From an uncultured Planctomycetota bacterium (lineage in GTDB: Bacteria; Planctomycetota; Planctomycetia; Isosphaerales; Isosphaeraceae), in contig CAWJTV010000038.1 in assembly GCA_963845755.1 (NCBI GenBank), positions 1 to 64,000 of the forward strand: 64,000 nt of DNA. Direction: 5' to 3'. Position numbers and translations under genes: made by a program. This document shows, piece after piece, positions 31,871 through 47,580 of the stretch. Positions within the stretch are counted from its first letter, which is position 1; each line of letters starts with the position of its first letter. The notes below the pieces were generated by a model, which had not been told where the DNA came from, searched no databases, and saw nothing but the letters and a program-made list of their open reading frames with translations.

Positions 31871-32431
31871 ATGGGCAAACCTTACGAGCAACTGGACGAG
31901 AAACTGATCGACTTCATCGGCCGCCAGCACGTCTTCTTCGTCGGCTCGACGCCGAACGACCCCGACGGACATCTCAACATATCCCCCAAGGGGCTGGACA
32001 CCTTTCGGATCCTCGGGCCGAGGACCGTGGCGTACCAGGACCTCGCCGGCAGCGGAATCGAGACGGTCGCCCACCTGCGGGAGAACCGCCGGCTGACGAT
32101 CATGTTCTGCGCCTTCGAGGGTGCGCCGATGATCCTGCGACTCCATGGCCGCGGCCGTATCGTCGAGCCGGGCGATCCGGAGTGGGATGATCTCGTCGAA
32201 CGATTCCCCAGCCAACCGGGAACGCGCTCGGTGGTCGTCCTCGACCTGGATCGGATCGCCGATTCTTGTGGGTTCGCCGTCCCTGTGTACGAGTACCGTC
32301 GCGAGCGGACACAACTGGCCGATTGGAGCCGCCACAAAGGACCCGCTGGCCTGGAGCAGTACAAGGCTGCGAAGAACCGCAATAGCATCGACGGGCTCGA
32401 CGGGTTGCGCCGGCTCAAGAGTCTGGAGTGA
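31871..32431 (+). CDS. Pyridoxamine 5'-phosphate oxidase family protein
   Basis: QHVFFVGS, NISPKG, GSGIETVAHLREN.R.TIMFCAFEG.P.ILRLHG, SCGFAVP. Confidence 0.9.
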   Translation: MGKPYEQLDEKLIDFIGRQHVFFVGSTPNDPDGHLNISPKGLDTFRILGPRTVAYQDLAGSGIETVAHLRENRRLTIMFCAFEGAPMILRLHGRGRIVEPGDPEWDDLVERFPSQPGTRSVVVLDLDRIADSCGFAVPVYEYRRERTQLADWSRHKGPAGLEQYKAAKNRNSIDGLDGLRRLKSLE

Positions 32432-32518
32432 TTCCGCTCCGCTCCGTCGCCGGGAAGGCTCCTAATCATGGAATGCCAACTCGATCTCGACCCGGGTTTC
32501 ACGATTCACGATCGTACC

Positions 32519-33401
32519 ATGACCGGCAACCTCGTCATCTTACGAAGCGGCAGGAAACTGGAGGTCCAGGAGTATGGGGATTGCGCGGGACATCCCGTGC
32601 TCTTTTTCCACGGACTCATCGGTTCCCATCACCAGGCTTCCTATGTCGCCGAGTGCGCAGATCGGGAGGGGCTGCGGATCATCGCACCGAATCGGCCCGG
32701 AGTGGGGCGGTCGGAGTTCGTCGCGCGCCGGAGCGCGCTGGACGCCGTCGACGACGTGGAAGACCTGACGGCGAAGCTGGAGATCGACGAATTCAGTCTG
32801 ATCGGCATCTCCGGAGGCGCCGCCCTACGCCCTGGCCTCGCTCTATCGCCTGGGCCGTCACATCCGGTCCGTGACGATCCTCAGCGGGATGGGCCCGATG
32901 CAGTTGGCCGGCGCCTTGAACGGGATGGATCAGCGCCGCCGCCTATTCCTGGGGGCCGGCTCCCGGTACCCGCAACTGGCGCGACGAGGCTTCCAGGTCG
33001 CCGCCGACCGATTCCGGGCTGACCCGGACCGATTCCTCCACCGCCTCATCACCACGTGGTCGGTCCCCGACCAACGGATGTTCCAACGAAAAGAGGTCTT
33101 CGACCTCTTCCTCAAGGATCTGCACGCCGTGTTCACCGAGGGCCACGGCGCGGAGGGCCTCGCGCAGGAGCTGACGATGTACCGGAATTACGGTTTCGCG
33201 CCGAGAGATCTGCCCCCGAAACCGCGGGTCGTCCTCTGGCATGGACTTTCCGACAACATCGTCCCGCCCGCGATGGCCTGGAAGATGGTGTACGCCCTGC
33301 CCAACGCCGAGGCCCATTTTGTCCCGGGCGGCCATTTCATGGCGATCGACGCCGCCGGTCTCATCGTCGCTCGGCTACGGCAAGGTCTCTCCGGCGAGTA
33401 G
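32519..33401 (+). CDS. Alpha/beta hydrolase, frameshifted near 32825
   Basis: FFHGLIGS, NRPGVGRS, GISGG nucleophile elbow; LWHGLSDNIVP and GGH in the second frame. Confidence 0.88.
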
Positions 33402-33600
33402 GCTGAGTCGGGATTCACCCTCTCCGGTTGCTCGATACGCCTCCAGGATGAGCCAGGTTGCCGCGAGGAAGGCGATCGGGCCGATGTGGAAAAGCAGGCG
33501 GGGCATGGCACTGTCAAGGTGCCATTCGAGGGGTTGAGGCGTGAGCTGAAAGATCACCAGGTAAACCAGGAGTTGGGCCGCCGGGAAGATCCAGAGAACC
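33375..33600 (-). pseudogene. C-terminal remnant of a multi-TM membrane protein
   Basis: AAQLLVYLVIFQLTPQPLEWHLDSAMPRLLFHIGP; no own start, overlapped by neighbours. Confidence 0.45.
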
Positions 33601-33603
33601 TTC

Positions 33604-34011
33604 TCATAAGGGCTTGCCAATTTCCCAATGGTGTCCGAACGGATCGACGATCCTTCCCAGGCGCCAGCCATACTGATTGCCGACGGGCGAGACCACGGTG
33701 GCTCCCGCCGTGACGGCACGTTCGAAAGCAGCGTCCGGATTCTCCACGATCATCACCATCCGCACGGAACCGCCGCCGAGCGTTTCGGGACTGAAGTTGA
33801 GGTGTTCCGGTGACTCGTCAGCGACCCAGAATTCGGCTCCCTCCACGCACAGACGAGCGACCACCTCTCCACTTTCGGCGTCGATGCGGAACAGTTCGCT
33901 CGCCCCGAACGCCGCCTTGTAGAACTCGATCGCCTTCGCTCCGCGACGAACCGAGAGCATCGGGGCGATCGCGGTCTTCGGATCCCTGGCGATGTTCGAG
34001 TCATGGCTCAC
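33604..34011 (-). CDS. VOC/PhnB family protein
   Basis: AIEFYKAAFGA...YGWRLGRIVDPFGHHWEI. Confidence 0.92.
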   Translation of the reverse strand: MSHDSNIARDPKTAIAPMLSVRRGAKAIEFYKAAFGASELFRIDAESGEVVARLCVEGAEFWVADESPEHLNFSPETLGGGSVRMVMIVENPDAAFERAVTAGATVVSPVGNQYGWRLGRIVDPFGHHWEIGKPL

Positions 34012-34052
34012 GGGAAATCTCCTGAACTTGACTTCACTTGTCGTACACGCCC

Positions 34053-35576
34053 TCAGGGCCGGGTACGGCCCGCCTCGCGGATCGACCGGAGGCGGGCGGC
34101 CATCGCCTGGACGCGCTCCAGGTGCCGGGTTGCGACGTTCCTCGTCTCGCCGAGGTCATCGACGAGCTCGTAGAGCTGATCGACCGGGGCATTGCCGGTC
34201 TCGGTGGTTGTGTTGGTCTGGACGGCCGGGCCCGGCCCGGCCGGGATGTATTTCCAAGACCCCTCCCGAAGGGCCAGCCGGCTGGAGTGGTGGACGGAGT
34301 GGTCGCGGCCCTGACGCGACTCGCCGAGTAGGGCCGGCAGGACGTTGAAGCTGTCGGGCACGGAGCCCTCGGGAAGAGTCCGGCCGGTCAGCGACGCGAG
34401 GCTGGCCAGCATATCGACCTGGTTCACCAGCGCGTCGGAAACACCCGGACGGACCCGACCGGACCATCGGACCAGGAACGGGACCCGCGTGCCGCCCTCG
34501 AACAGGCTATACTTGCCCCCGCGGAGCGGACCGGCCGGCCGGTGACCGTCGCGGTCGCGGACAGCTCCGTCGGCGTAACCGTCGTCTACCACCGGGCCGT
34601 TATCACTGGTGAACAGGACGAGCGTCCGGTCCGCGAGCTTGAGCCGGTCGAGCGCGTCGAGGACCTGACCGACGCACCAATCCAGCTCCTGCACGACGTC
34701 GCCGCGCACGCCGCACCCGCTGGTCCCGGCGAACCGCGCGTGAGGGACGCGCGGCACGTGGATGTCGTGGGTGGCGAAGTAAAGGAAGAAGGGGCTCGAC
34801 GCGTGCCGCTCGATGAACGCGACAGCCTCGCGGGTGAAGACGTCGGCCATGTCTTCGTCAACCCGACGCGCGGCCTTCCCGCCGGCCATGTAGCCGATCC
34901 GGCTGATGCCGTTGACGATCGTCTGGTCGTGGCCGTGGCTCGGCTTCAGCTTGAGCAGTTCCGGGTGCGCCGCACCGGTCGGCTCGTCGCCGATCGGATT
35001 CCCGTAACGGACCCGGATCGGGTCGAGCGGGTCGAGACCGACGACGCGGTCGCCCCTGACGAACACGCAGGGTACGCGGTCGCCGGTCGCCGCCATGATG
35101 AAGGAATCATCGAAGCCGACCTGCTGGGGGCCCGGCTTGATCGCGCCGTTCCAGTCGATCGGACCAGACCCGAGCCCGAGGTGCCATTTGCCAACGACGC
35201 CCGTCGCGTAGCCCGATCGCTTCAGCATGGCGGACAGGGTCTCGCGGCCCGGCTCGATGATGAGCGCGGCATCACCCGGGAGGACGCCCGTCCCTTTCCG
35301 TCGCCACGCATATTCCCCCGTGAGCAAGGCATATCGGGACGGCGTGCAGGTCGACGAGGCCGCGTGCGCGTCGGTGAACCGCAGGCCCTCCCGCGCCAGC
35401 CGGTCGATCTTCGGCGTGCGGACCCGCGTCGCTCCGTAGCACCCGAGGTCGCCGTAGCCCAGGTCGTCGGCATAGATGAGAACGACATTCGGCGCGTCGG
35501 CGGCGACCCTCCGACCATCAGGCAAGCCCGCCACAAGCGAGAGGACGGCCGCCAGGCAGGCATGTCGGAGAGTCAT
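34053..35576 (-). CDS. Arylsulfatase (S1 sulfatase, Cys-type)
   Basis: PNVVLIYADDLGYGD, CTPSRYALLTG, GKWHLG, SDNG. Confidence 0.95.
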   Translation of the reverse strand: MTLRHACLAAVLSLVAGLPDGRRVAADAPNVVLIYADDLGYGDLGCYGATRVRTPKIDRLAREGLRFTDAHAASSTCTPSRYALLTGEYAWRRKGTGVLPGDAALIIEPGRETLSAMLKRSGYATGVVGKWHLGLGSGPIDWNGAIKPGPQQVGFDDSFIMAATGDRVPCVFVRGDRVVGLDPLDPIRVRYGNPIGDEPTGAAHPELLKLKPSHGHDQTIVNGISRIGYMAGGKAARRVDEDMADVFTREAVAFIERHASSPFFLYFATHDIHVPRVPHARFAGTSGCGVRGDVVQELDWCVGQVLDALDRLKLADRTLVLFTSDNGPVVDDGYADGAVRDRDGHRPAGPLRGGKYSLFEGGTRVPFLVRWSGRVRPGVSDALVNQVDMLASLASLTGRTLPEGSVPDSFNVLPALLGESRQGRDHSVHHSSRLALREGSWKYIPAGPGPAVQTNTTTETGNAPVDQLYELVDDLGETRNVATRHLERVQAMAARLRSIREAGRTRP

Positions 35577-35641
35577 TCGAGTCAACCCCGGTGATCGTGA
35601 ACGAAGGTGACGGTGACGGTGCGCGGTCGCGGCATCCCGAG

Positions 35642-36016
35642 TCACAAGTAGTCTTCGCGAACCGGCTGGAACACGTCAAGCGCCAGCGCAGGCTGGTCCA
35701 GGGCGCGGACGCGGTGCACGACACCTCCGGGTATGCGCCAGAGATCGCCGGGGCCGAGGAGGCGCGTGACGCCGCCCACGGTGAACTCGAGCTGTCCTTC
35801 CAGCAGCATGCCCATTTGCTCATGAGGATGCGCATGGTCGGTCACGACGGATCCGGGTTCGAACCGGACGACGGAGAGCATGACGCCCTTGCCCGCGGTC
35901 GTGCGGATCTCGACGCCGGGGAAGATGACGTGGCGCGACCCCGATCCCGCGGGGAGGAAGTAGCCATCCGGGTCGGGCAGGAGCCCGGCGTCCCTGGCCG
36001 GGTCGTTACCGGTCAT
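35642..36016 (-). CDS. Cupin domain protein
   Basis: HAHPHEQ...IPGGVVH...DVFQPVREDY. Confidence 0.9.
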   Translation of the reverse strand: MTGNDPARDAGLLPDPDGYFLPAGSGSRHVIFPGVEIRTTAGKGVMLSVVRFEPGSVVTDHAHPHEQMGMLLEGQLEFTVGGVTRLLGPGDLWRIPGGVVHRVRALDQPALALDVFQPVREDYL

Positions 36017-37602
36017 TCGAGGTTCCCGTAACGCGCGGCGACCCACTCGCCGGTGATGTTCAGGAATTCCTCGCGGCCGCCGTGATAGACGTCTTTGAGC
36101 ATGTCATCCAGGTTTGTCGGGCCTTTGAGCATGCCGCGGAGGAATCTCGGGAAGTTTCGGCTGAATTCGGTGGTCATCATGCATTCGACCAGTGAGAAGC
36201 CGACGGCGCGGAGGTCGCCGCTGGTGATCTGTTCGCCCCCGCCCAGGGCCTGGTTGGCCTTGGTCTCCCAACCCTGCTGGAAATTGGCCAGGGCGGTCTG
36301 GCGAAGCTGGTGATAATAGGGGCTCCGGGGCTCGACGCGGGAGGCCATGTAGAGGCCGATCCCGTCCTTCAGCCAGCGCGGGGGCGTCCCCTCGGAGGCC
36401 ACGACTCCCGAGCCCAGTCCTTCGGCCAGAAGCCCGAGCAGCGACCGCTCGGATCCCCCCATCCCGCCCGCTTCGCTACGCTTGCCCCGGCCCCGCCGCT
36501 TCGGCGTGGACTCTTCCTTCTTGCCGCCGGCCGGGTCCAAGGTCGCGAGATAGGGCTGAGCGGACGCGAGCTTGACGGTGGAGAACTCCTCCGGTTCGAG
36601 CTCGCGGCCCTCGACGGTGCGGACGAACTCGACGAAATCGTTCTTACTGCTGAAGACATAGAGGCTCACCTTTTCGACCCAGTCTTTGGCCGGTACGCCC
36701 AGACGCCTCAGGTGCAGATACTGGGTCTCCAACTGCTTGATGGTACTGGTCGCCCGGTCCTTCGGCAGATTGCTGAACATGATGAATTGTTTGCCGTGGA
36801 CGATCTCGGGCGTCAGCTTGGGATTGGCCTGCTTCCAGCGCTGCAATCCGACGGCCTCAATCTGCTTATCGCGCTCTGAGACCGGCAGCCTGGCGAGCTC
36901 TTTCTGGGCCAGTTGCTCGGGCGTCGCCGCGTAGGAATCCAGCTTTGCCTTGGGGTCGAGCCCCTTGTCGAGTTGGGCTCCTTCCTTGACCCATCGGGTG
37001 ATCTTGGCGACCGCTTCGTCCGAGATTTCGCGGTTGCCCCCTTGCGGCATCTTCGGGGTCTCCTCGCCGTTGATCCTCAGGACCAGGTGGCTCTCCTCCG
37101 GCTTGCCGGCGACGAACACGGGATGGTCGGGCCCCGTCCCCTTGCGGAGGTTCTCGTACGTCGTCATGTCCAGCTTGCCCTTACGTACGCCCACCTGGCC
37201 GGGTCGATGGCAGCCGACGCAATTGGCGACGAGGATCGGCGCGATATCTTGCGAGAATTTGAGCTGGCCACCACCGGCCGTCTTCGTCTCCGTGTCCGCA
37301 TCCGCGTCCTTTTTGGCCTTGGCCTTCGGGGTCCCTTTCTCCGCGAGCCGGGCTTTCTTGCGGGCGGTCTTCTGGGAACGGCTGGGGCGCGGCGCGGCGT
37401 CCGGGTCGTCCGGTGGCTGAAACGGCCTCGGGTTGGGGGCCTCCTCGCCGCCGGTTTCTTGAAGCGCATGGTTCTGGGCAGCCGCTCGAACCCGCCGGGA
37501 CGAGATCAGGAACACGGAGAGTTCGACCGGCACAAGCCAGAGCGCGGTCAACACGACGACACCGACCCGCCTCAGACCAGGCGACCGCATGATGCGCGAC
37601 AT
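36013..37602 (-). CDS. Planctomycete cytochrome c (PSCyt1) domain protein
   Basis: FSQDIAPILVANCVGCH...GKPEESHL...MP...ITRWVKEGA. Confidence 0.85.
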   Translation of the reverse strand: MSRIMRSPGLRRVGVVVLTALWLVPVELSVFLISSRRVRAAAQNHALQETGGEEAPNPRPFQPPDDPDAAPRPSRSQKTARKKARLAEKGTPKAKAKKDADADTETKTAGGGQLKFSQDIAPILVANCVGCHRPGQVGVRKGKLDMTTYENLRKGTGPDHPVFVAGKPEESHLVLRINGEETPKMPQGGNREISDEAVAKITRWVKEGAQLDKGLDPKAKLDSYAATPEQLAQKELARLPVSERDKQIEAVGLQRWKQANPKLTPEIVHGKQFIMFSNLPKDRATSTIKQLETQYLHLRRLGVPAKDWVEKVSLYVFSSKNDFVEFVRTVEGRELEPEEFSTVKLASAQPYLATLDPAGGKKEESTPKRRGRGKRSEAGGMGGSERSLLGLLAEGLGSGVVASEGTPPRWLKDGIGLYMASRVEPRSPYYHQLRQTALANFQQGWETKANQALGGGEQITSGDLRAVGFSLVECMMTTEFSRNFPRFLRGMLKGPTNLDDMLKDVYHGGREEFLNITGEWVAARYGNLE

Positions 37603-37763
37603 GATCTCACCCCTTTTGGCTTGCCCGAACGATGGTGACCGGACCAATCCATTGTTTCCCCCGTTGCGTGGTTTGACAAGATGAGCCATGATCGAACGCA
37701 TTCACCACCGAGTCACCGATCCGATGCCGTCAAGGGGCTCCTGGGAGTGTGAAACGCCAACGG

Positions 37764-39270
37764 TTACGGGACGGTGCCCTCATCCTCCGTTGTCGAGGCC
37801 CGAACCATGCCCGTGAGAAAGAGGCAGCCGGACAGGAACGTCGGCAGTCCGCATCCCTCTTGCAACATTTCCCAGGGTGCCGATGTCACATCAGCGAAGG
37901 TGTCACACACATCGAAGGCGGCCAGCCACGCGAAGTGCCAGCCGATCGCGACTCCCAGGAGGGTCCGAGCCCTGAGTTGCCCCCAGTTGCGGAGGGCCCA
38001 GCACGAGGCGAGCACGAACGGCACCATGTGATACTGCGGGAAGCCGACGCGATAGAGCAGGACGGTCGTCGCGGCCACGACCGCGGCGGACGCCTCGAGA
38101 TTCGGTCGCCGGGCGCAGCGACCAGGACCACGCCAGCATCAGGGCCAAGAATAGGATGACGGGCGAGAGGGCGTCGTAGTTGATCGGGGCCCCCAGCCGG
38201 AGGAGCGGGGAATAGGGGCCTCGGATGAACCGGAAGATCGACAGCGTGGTCGACGGCCGATTCGCGGCAAACTCCAGGGGGCGCAGCGTCGACGGCCCCC
38301 ACAACCAGCAACTCAGTATAAGGCCGAACCCGATCGATGCCAGGGCCGCGATCAGCAACCGGAGGCGGAATCGGCCGCGATCCAGGGCGAGAAAGGGGAG
38401 GAGTACAATCGGGAGGTATTTCAGCAAGACGCCCAGCGCCAGACACACGCCCGAGAGGATTTCGCGCTCCCGGAGGCGCTCGTGGATCGCCGCCAGGCAC
38501 AACAGGCCGACCAGGATGTCGAAATGACCCCGGATGGCGATCTCAACCCAGGGATATGGGTTCCAGAACAGTGCGAAGAGCCCCAGCGCCCGGAGGCCCG
38601 ACGACTGTCGGCCGGCCATGGCGCCCTTGATCTGCACGATCGCGAACACAACATAAGCAGAGGCGAAGAGCAGCTTGGGCGCCAGCGGATTCAGCCACGA
38701 CAGGCCTGCTAGCAGGTTGAACACGGGGCCGTAGGCGTTCAGCGGTCCCATGCCGTGCGCCCCGCCGACGAGCCACCAGGGGTCATGTCCCTGACGCACC
38801 TCATACCAGATCTGAAGGTAAAAGTAATAATCGTGCCGCGGCCATGTGAGGACGGTAACTGCCAGAAAGGCAAGGGCGAGGACCGAGAGCGACAGGCTGA
38901 CGCATCGCGCCGCGCGGAGGTCGTTCGCGGATCGTCCTTCGGCGGCCCGGAGATCGTAACGCTGAAGGATCAAGAGGATCATCAGATGGAGGAACCCGGC
39001 GATCCCCACGGCAACCGAGAGCTCGACCCAGCGACCGAGCAGGTCCGTACCGGTGAAGGGTGTGACGAACCCCTGAATGTAACGCTTCACGGCCGCGTGA
39101 AGGTCTCCCGGATGCTCCGCGACCAGGAGCGGCGGCACGACCCAGCGGGCGAGTCCGGCCCAGGCCACGGTCAGGGTGACGTACAGCGCTAGCCGTATTT
39201 GCAGCCGAGTGCGATCGATCTGGGCCATCGACAGGCTCGAATACGTCCGCTTCCTCAGGAAAGGCGGCAT
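37764..39270 (-). CDS. GT-C fold membrane glycosyltransferase (GT87-like), frameshifted near 38090
   Basis: Many TM helices; NAYGP, WNP, GHFD, LLKY, VGFPQY motifs. Confidence 0.75.
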
Positions 39271-39763
39271 GCGGCAACGTCTCGCCGCAGGCCGCCGATC
39301 GGATTCTGCCCCCTCCGGCGCGCGATTTCAACCGGGCACCGAGGAATGCCGAGGGGATACCGGCCTCACCACGCGACCACGGTTGTATCAGCTCGTTCCC
39401 ACGCGAAAAGTGCGGAGCAAGCCGCAAGTACCACGGTCTCCTGATCCCAGTTCCTCGAGCAGGTCCCTACCGGATGCAAGCCAAGAAGAACCGGAAGGTG
39501 ATTCGAACAAGAATTGCTATCTTCGACCAGAGACACTATCGTGGGGGTCCATGTGGGTCCGTCATTGTGCTCCGGCTCGGTCCGTTAACGGCGTCCATTC
39601 CTGAAGCTTCGCCATGGTTGTTAGCCGTCCCCTCTTACTCATACTGGATCGGGACCGGTAAAGAGACGTATAGGGAGGCTCCCGCCGGTTGGGGCGAGGA
39701 CGGCGGTCGAATGTGGGCTCGAAGCCTAAGTGGCGGAATGATGATTACTGATTGGAGTTGAAC

Positions 39764-40577
39764 ATGAAATCCCTCCTTCGGCCTCTCGCTCGTTTCGCCG
39801 CCGAGCCACCGTTCCGGCTGTTCGTGCGATCCGCATGCCACGTCTTGCCGGTCTCGGTTCGGACCCGTGCCCGATGGGACGCGACACCCCGACCCCATTA
39901 TCTCGTCGGTACCCTCTTCGCCGCCGACCAAGCGAGGCGCGAGAAAATCCCTGCCATTTCGGTGGTCGAGCTTGGAGTGGCGAGCGGCGGCGGCCTGCTC
40001 GTACTCGAGCGCGCGGCTAAGGAGGTCGCGAGAGAGACCGGAGTCTCGATCAGCGTCTTTGGGTTCGACTCCGGCGCAGGGCTCCCTGAGTTCATCGGCG
40101 ACTACCGCGATTTCCCGGATGTTTGGCAGGCGGGGTGGTACCCGATGGATGAAGCGTCGGTGCGGGCGAAGCTTGACCCGAGCACAACCCTGCTGATCGG
40201 CAATGTGCGCGACACGATACCCCAGTTCCTCAGGGACCACGACACGCCCCCCATCGGGTTCGTCGCGGTCGATCTCGATCTCTACTCGTTCGACGGCCGT
40301 CGCGCTCCAGCTTCTCTCAGCCCCCAATCGACGCATGCTCAAACACGTCCCGGTATACCTGGATGATATCCATCTCGACGGCACCCACCAATTCGGGGGT
40401 GAGCTACTGGCGGTCGCCGAATTCAACGAACGGAACGATGAGGTGAAGATCGATTCCTGGCGGGGGCTCCCCGAGAGGCGGCCCTTCAGGGATGCGGGCT
40501 GGCTGCCCCTGATGTGGATGGCACACGACCTCAAGGCGATCGGGCAGATCGCGCCGAAGGTTCAAAAGGTGACATAG
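39764..40577 (+). CDS. TylF/NovP-like methyltransferase-fold protein, frameshifted near 40290
   Basis: VELGVASG, GFDSGAGLP, GNVRDT, AVDLDLYS, YLDD, GELLAVAEFN. Confidence 0.7.
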
Positions 40578-40752
40578 GTTCATAGGGGACATAGGGGGTT
40601 CAGAAGGCGAACAGTGAACCGCAGCCTCTGGACAAGCGTCAGATGGCGCGGAGCCCTGTCAGCAGGCCAAACACCTTGACTCTCCTCAGCGTGGCACTAT
40701 TCGATAATTGGTGCCACCTGTCCGGGCCTTTTTCGCGACGTGGTTTGCTGCT

Positions 40753-44027
<3,275 letters not shown>

Positions 44028-44056
44028 ACTCGCCAATTGCCACTAACAACTACCTG

Positions 44057-44993
44057 CTACGTAGGGATTCTAGGCAACGGTCCGCGTTCTGACCATGGCG
44101 ACACCACGGCCGAGCTCCCCGGACGGTCGGCGCGTCGATGAGGACGGGGCGGCAATCCGTGGGGCGGTTCGGCCCTTATTGGGACGGGCCACGTTTCCAG
44201 GTCGGTTGACCGGACGGCTCGATTGACGGAATCGAACAGGTCGTCGATGTCACAGGGGAGTTCGAGGCAAGCGACGGCCCCGGCGGCCTTGGCCCGGGCC
44301 ACGATCGCCCGATCGGCGAATCCCGCAAGCCCGATGACGGGGCCGGTCCGGGTCGCGGCGCCATTCCAGCCGATCCGCCCAGCCCGGCTCGAGGACCGGG
44401 ATCTCCCAGATCGTCAGTACCCGCTCCGTGACGACCTCCGATCGATTCCGGCTCTGGAGAAGTCCTCCGATCTCCTGATCATCGATCACGTCCGCCCGAT
44501 AGCCCGCCGCCCCAAAGGCATCAGCCAGCGCCCGGCACATCTCGTTGTCGCCGCCAGCCAATTCGATCCGGAACGCCGGCGCGATGGACCGCGGACTCCG
44601 GCGTTCCCCTCCCTCAAACAAGCGGCCGAGCTGGCCGGGCAGCACCTCGACCGCGACCGCCTCCGAGACGACGAGATCGACCAGCCCCGCCCATCGTTCG
44701 AGGTCCTCATAACGGACATAAGGGCTGACACAGAGGATCACCACCGGCACGGGTCCGCCGCTCAGGGCCTCGCGCCAGCCCTTGACACGATCGGCGTCGG
44801 TCCCGGCAAGCCTGTGCCGATGAATCACCAGGGCGCGCGGCGCATACCCGCGGTCGAAGGGACGCTCCGGGAGTGGCCCCGGGCAGTCCAGTCGTTGGGT
44901 CTCCCCGGCTTCCATGACGACGTCGGCAATCGCGGTGACCCACGGGTCGCCCAAATCGCCCATGAACCAGATGGGGCTTGGTGATGCGTCCAT
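44057..44993 (-). CDS. Hypothetical protein with degenerate receiver-like domains, frameshifted near 44350
   Basis: PVVILCVSPYVRY...VDLVV; ALADAFGAAGY; AKAAGAVACLELPCDIDDL in the second frame. Confidence 0.55.
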
Positions 44994-45403
44994 GGAACGC
45001 CCAGCCTCCCTGCTCGGTTGACGACTCCCAGCGCGGACAGCCGCACGCCGTCGGATCGACCCGTCGTTGAACTTATCACAAGGCGCTTCATTGGGCAATG
45101 CAACCACGTCATCCGCAACCGTTCGTCAAGCGTTATGAAGTGCACGCATGCCTTAAGTCTCCTTCGATGGAGGGACGCTCCCATGGGGCGAATCACACAC
45201 AGGTTGGGTCCCGCTCATCGACGACCTTGCGGGAACCGCTCGACCCTCGCGCGGGCCTCGCAGTCGTCGGGGCATTTGGCGAGCACCGCCAGAATCGGAA
45301 AGCGGGGACCAGCACGCCTGGGGCCAGGCAGTCGCCGTTGACCAGGGTCACTTCACCAGGCGGCCATTGCGCCTCCCCCATCGAATGGCACGGAGCACTC
45401 GTT

Positions 45404-47580
45404 TTACGAGGAAACTGCCTTGACCATGTAGATGACCCCCGCCCCCGTGCCTTGCGAACTGAACAAGTCCCCGTTGCTGGACAAATCGGCGATGAAGAGC
45501 GCGTTGCTGGTGGACAAGAGCCCGTCCAGGTGGCCGATGTTCGGCTCGTTATTGCCGATGAAGTCGAAGTATTTGCCGGTCGCCCGGTTGTAGAAGACCA
45601 GCGGGTTTTCCTCATTCGCCAGTCCGCCGAGGTCGAACCGGCCGTGGAACCCGACGAAGATTCCGTTGTTCAGGCTACTCGGGAAGCCCGCCGGTGCGAA
45701 GGCGATCTCGGAAGGCCCCTCGCTCTCCGAGCCGGTGTAGGGGTCCGGCCACGGCTGGAAAGCCACCACTGCTCGCATCGGAGAGCCGACGATTTTGCCG
45801 GTCCGGTAGGCAATGTAAGAGTCGGGGAAGCCAAAGTTGAAAACCTTGGTCCCGATCCGGGACGCCGGGATCGCGAAAACTCTGTTGACGCTGAGAGGCT
45901 CATCTTCGTTGGGGGGGAAGTCAATTCCGTTTTCCTCGAAGTAGAGATCGCCCGTCGTCGGGTCGAACGCCATCCCGGCGGCATTCCTCAGACCGCTGGC
46001 AATCTGGGTCAATCCGCTCATGGTCACGGAAGAGCTGGAATCCTGGACCGTCACCATGTAGATCGAGGAGCCATGGAGCGTCCCTGAGATCAAGCCGTTC
46101 ACTCCGACCATGTCGGTGTCGGGCGCGTCGTTGTACTCCGAGCCGATGTTGAAGAAGAGATCGTACTCACCAGGGCCACCGCCAGGCGTCGGCCGGACCG
46201 CCGTTGCGAAGGTGGTATGTTCCCAGGAGGCATTGGGAAACGCGAAGTTCAGGCTCCCGACCAGCGAGTATGGGTCGGACGGCGAGGCACCCATGCGGAG
46301 GACCCAGATCGACTCGCTTTGTGTCTGCGAGCTCGTGACGAAAACGAGATCGCCGGCCACTCGCATGGCCGTGAGTGTTCCCGGCAGTCCGGAATACATG
46401 ACCTGGCCCGGCCCGTCCGCCACGCCATTACCGTCGGCGTCCACGAAGCGGAGCAGCGTGCCCGTCGAATCGTAATAGTTCCCCCCTGGCAGCGGGTCGC
46501 TCGTTCGACACGAGGAGCGACCCGTCGGGGAGCTGCTGCATGCTGTGGGGATAGTTGAGCCCCGTAGCGAAGGTTGTGATCCGGTAGTCGGCCGGGTTCA
46601 CGCTGGGGTCGCCCCCGATGGCAAAGGGCTGGGGCAACTGGACCGTCCCAGCCACGGAAACCGAGTCGAACGATGCGGTGGAGTAGCCCTGGCCCTTTAC
46701 GGCTGCGCCACCATCGAGTGCCGGATCGCCACCAGTGCGGTCGGTCCAGCCGCTCTGCTGGAACATCCAGCTCGAGGGTTCGGGCGTCCCGTCCTGCCAC
46801 ACTTTGCCCAGGAGCGTCCCGCCCTGGTCCGTGAGTTCGAACCAGTACCAAGTGCCCTTTTGCCAGGAGAAGGGGAAGGCATTGCCCCAGGTCACGCCGT
46901 CGTCGAGGAACTGAACCTGGTTCTTCCCGTGCAGGACCAGCTCGTAACCCTGACCCGTATTGGGGTCCGTGTAAATCCCGACGCCGGCGGCGCGCCGCAT
47001 CACCCGCGACCCAGTTGGTGACCGAGAGCTTGGCCGTGATCGCTTGATCCGATGGATAAGACTGGTCAGTCAGGATCGCCTTGCTGCTGCCGGAAGGTCT
47101 TGTAGTGTTGAACTGCTGAAGCATCCCGTCTTTCTGCTGCCACCTGCCCCCTACGAACGACCAAGCCGGGTTGAGGGCCCGCGAGTTCAAAGAGTCCGCG
47201 AAGATGGGATACGGATTCGGGAGGGCGGCTTGGGTGTAGGCGGATGCAATGTTGCTGCGCTGGACGTCGCCCGAAGCATTGCGAGCGACCACCTGATAGC
47301 TGTAGAGGATGCTGTAGTAGAGCCCGGTATCCGAATAACTCGTTGTGCCGCGTTGGGCGGTCGCGATCGTGAAGAAATCGATGCCGTTGTAGCTACTCTG
47401 AATCCTGTACGAGACTTCGGGCTTGTCCGTCGTCCAGGACAGATCGATCTCGCCGGGGGGGCCCGTGACCGCACTGAGCGTTACGGACGGCACAGCCCGG
47501 TCCTCGAGGGGCTCGAGGCAGAAATGACGGGCGACTCGCCGACGGCGGGTTGACGTCGAGTCTCCACGCATGTGTCTCAT
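45404..47580 (-). CDS. Secreted protein: LEPR-XLL-type signal, FN3, beta-sandwich, glucose/sorbosone dehydrogenase-like propeller; frameshifts near 46990 and 46480
   Basis: CLEPLEDRAVPS; IDLSW...YSYQVVARN; FATGLNYP; SGLRNAAGMAFDPTTGDLYFEENG; NFGFP. Confidence 0.75.
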
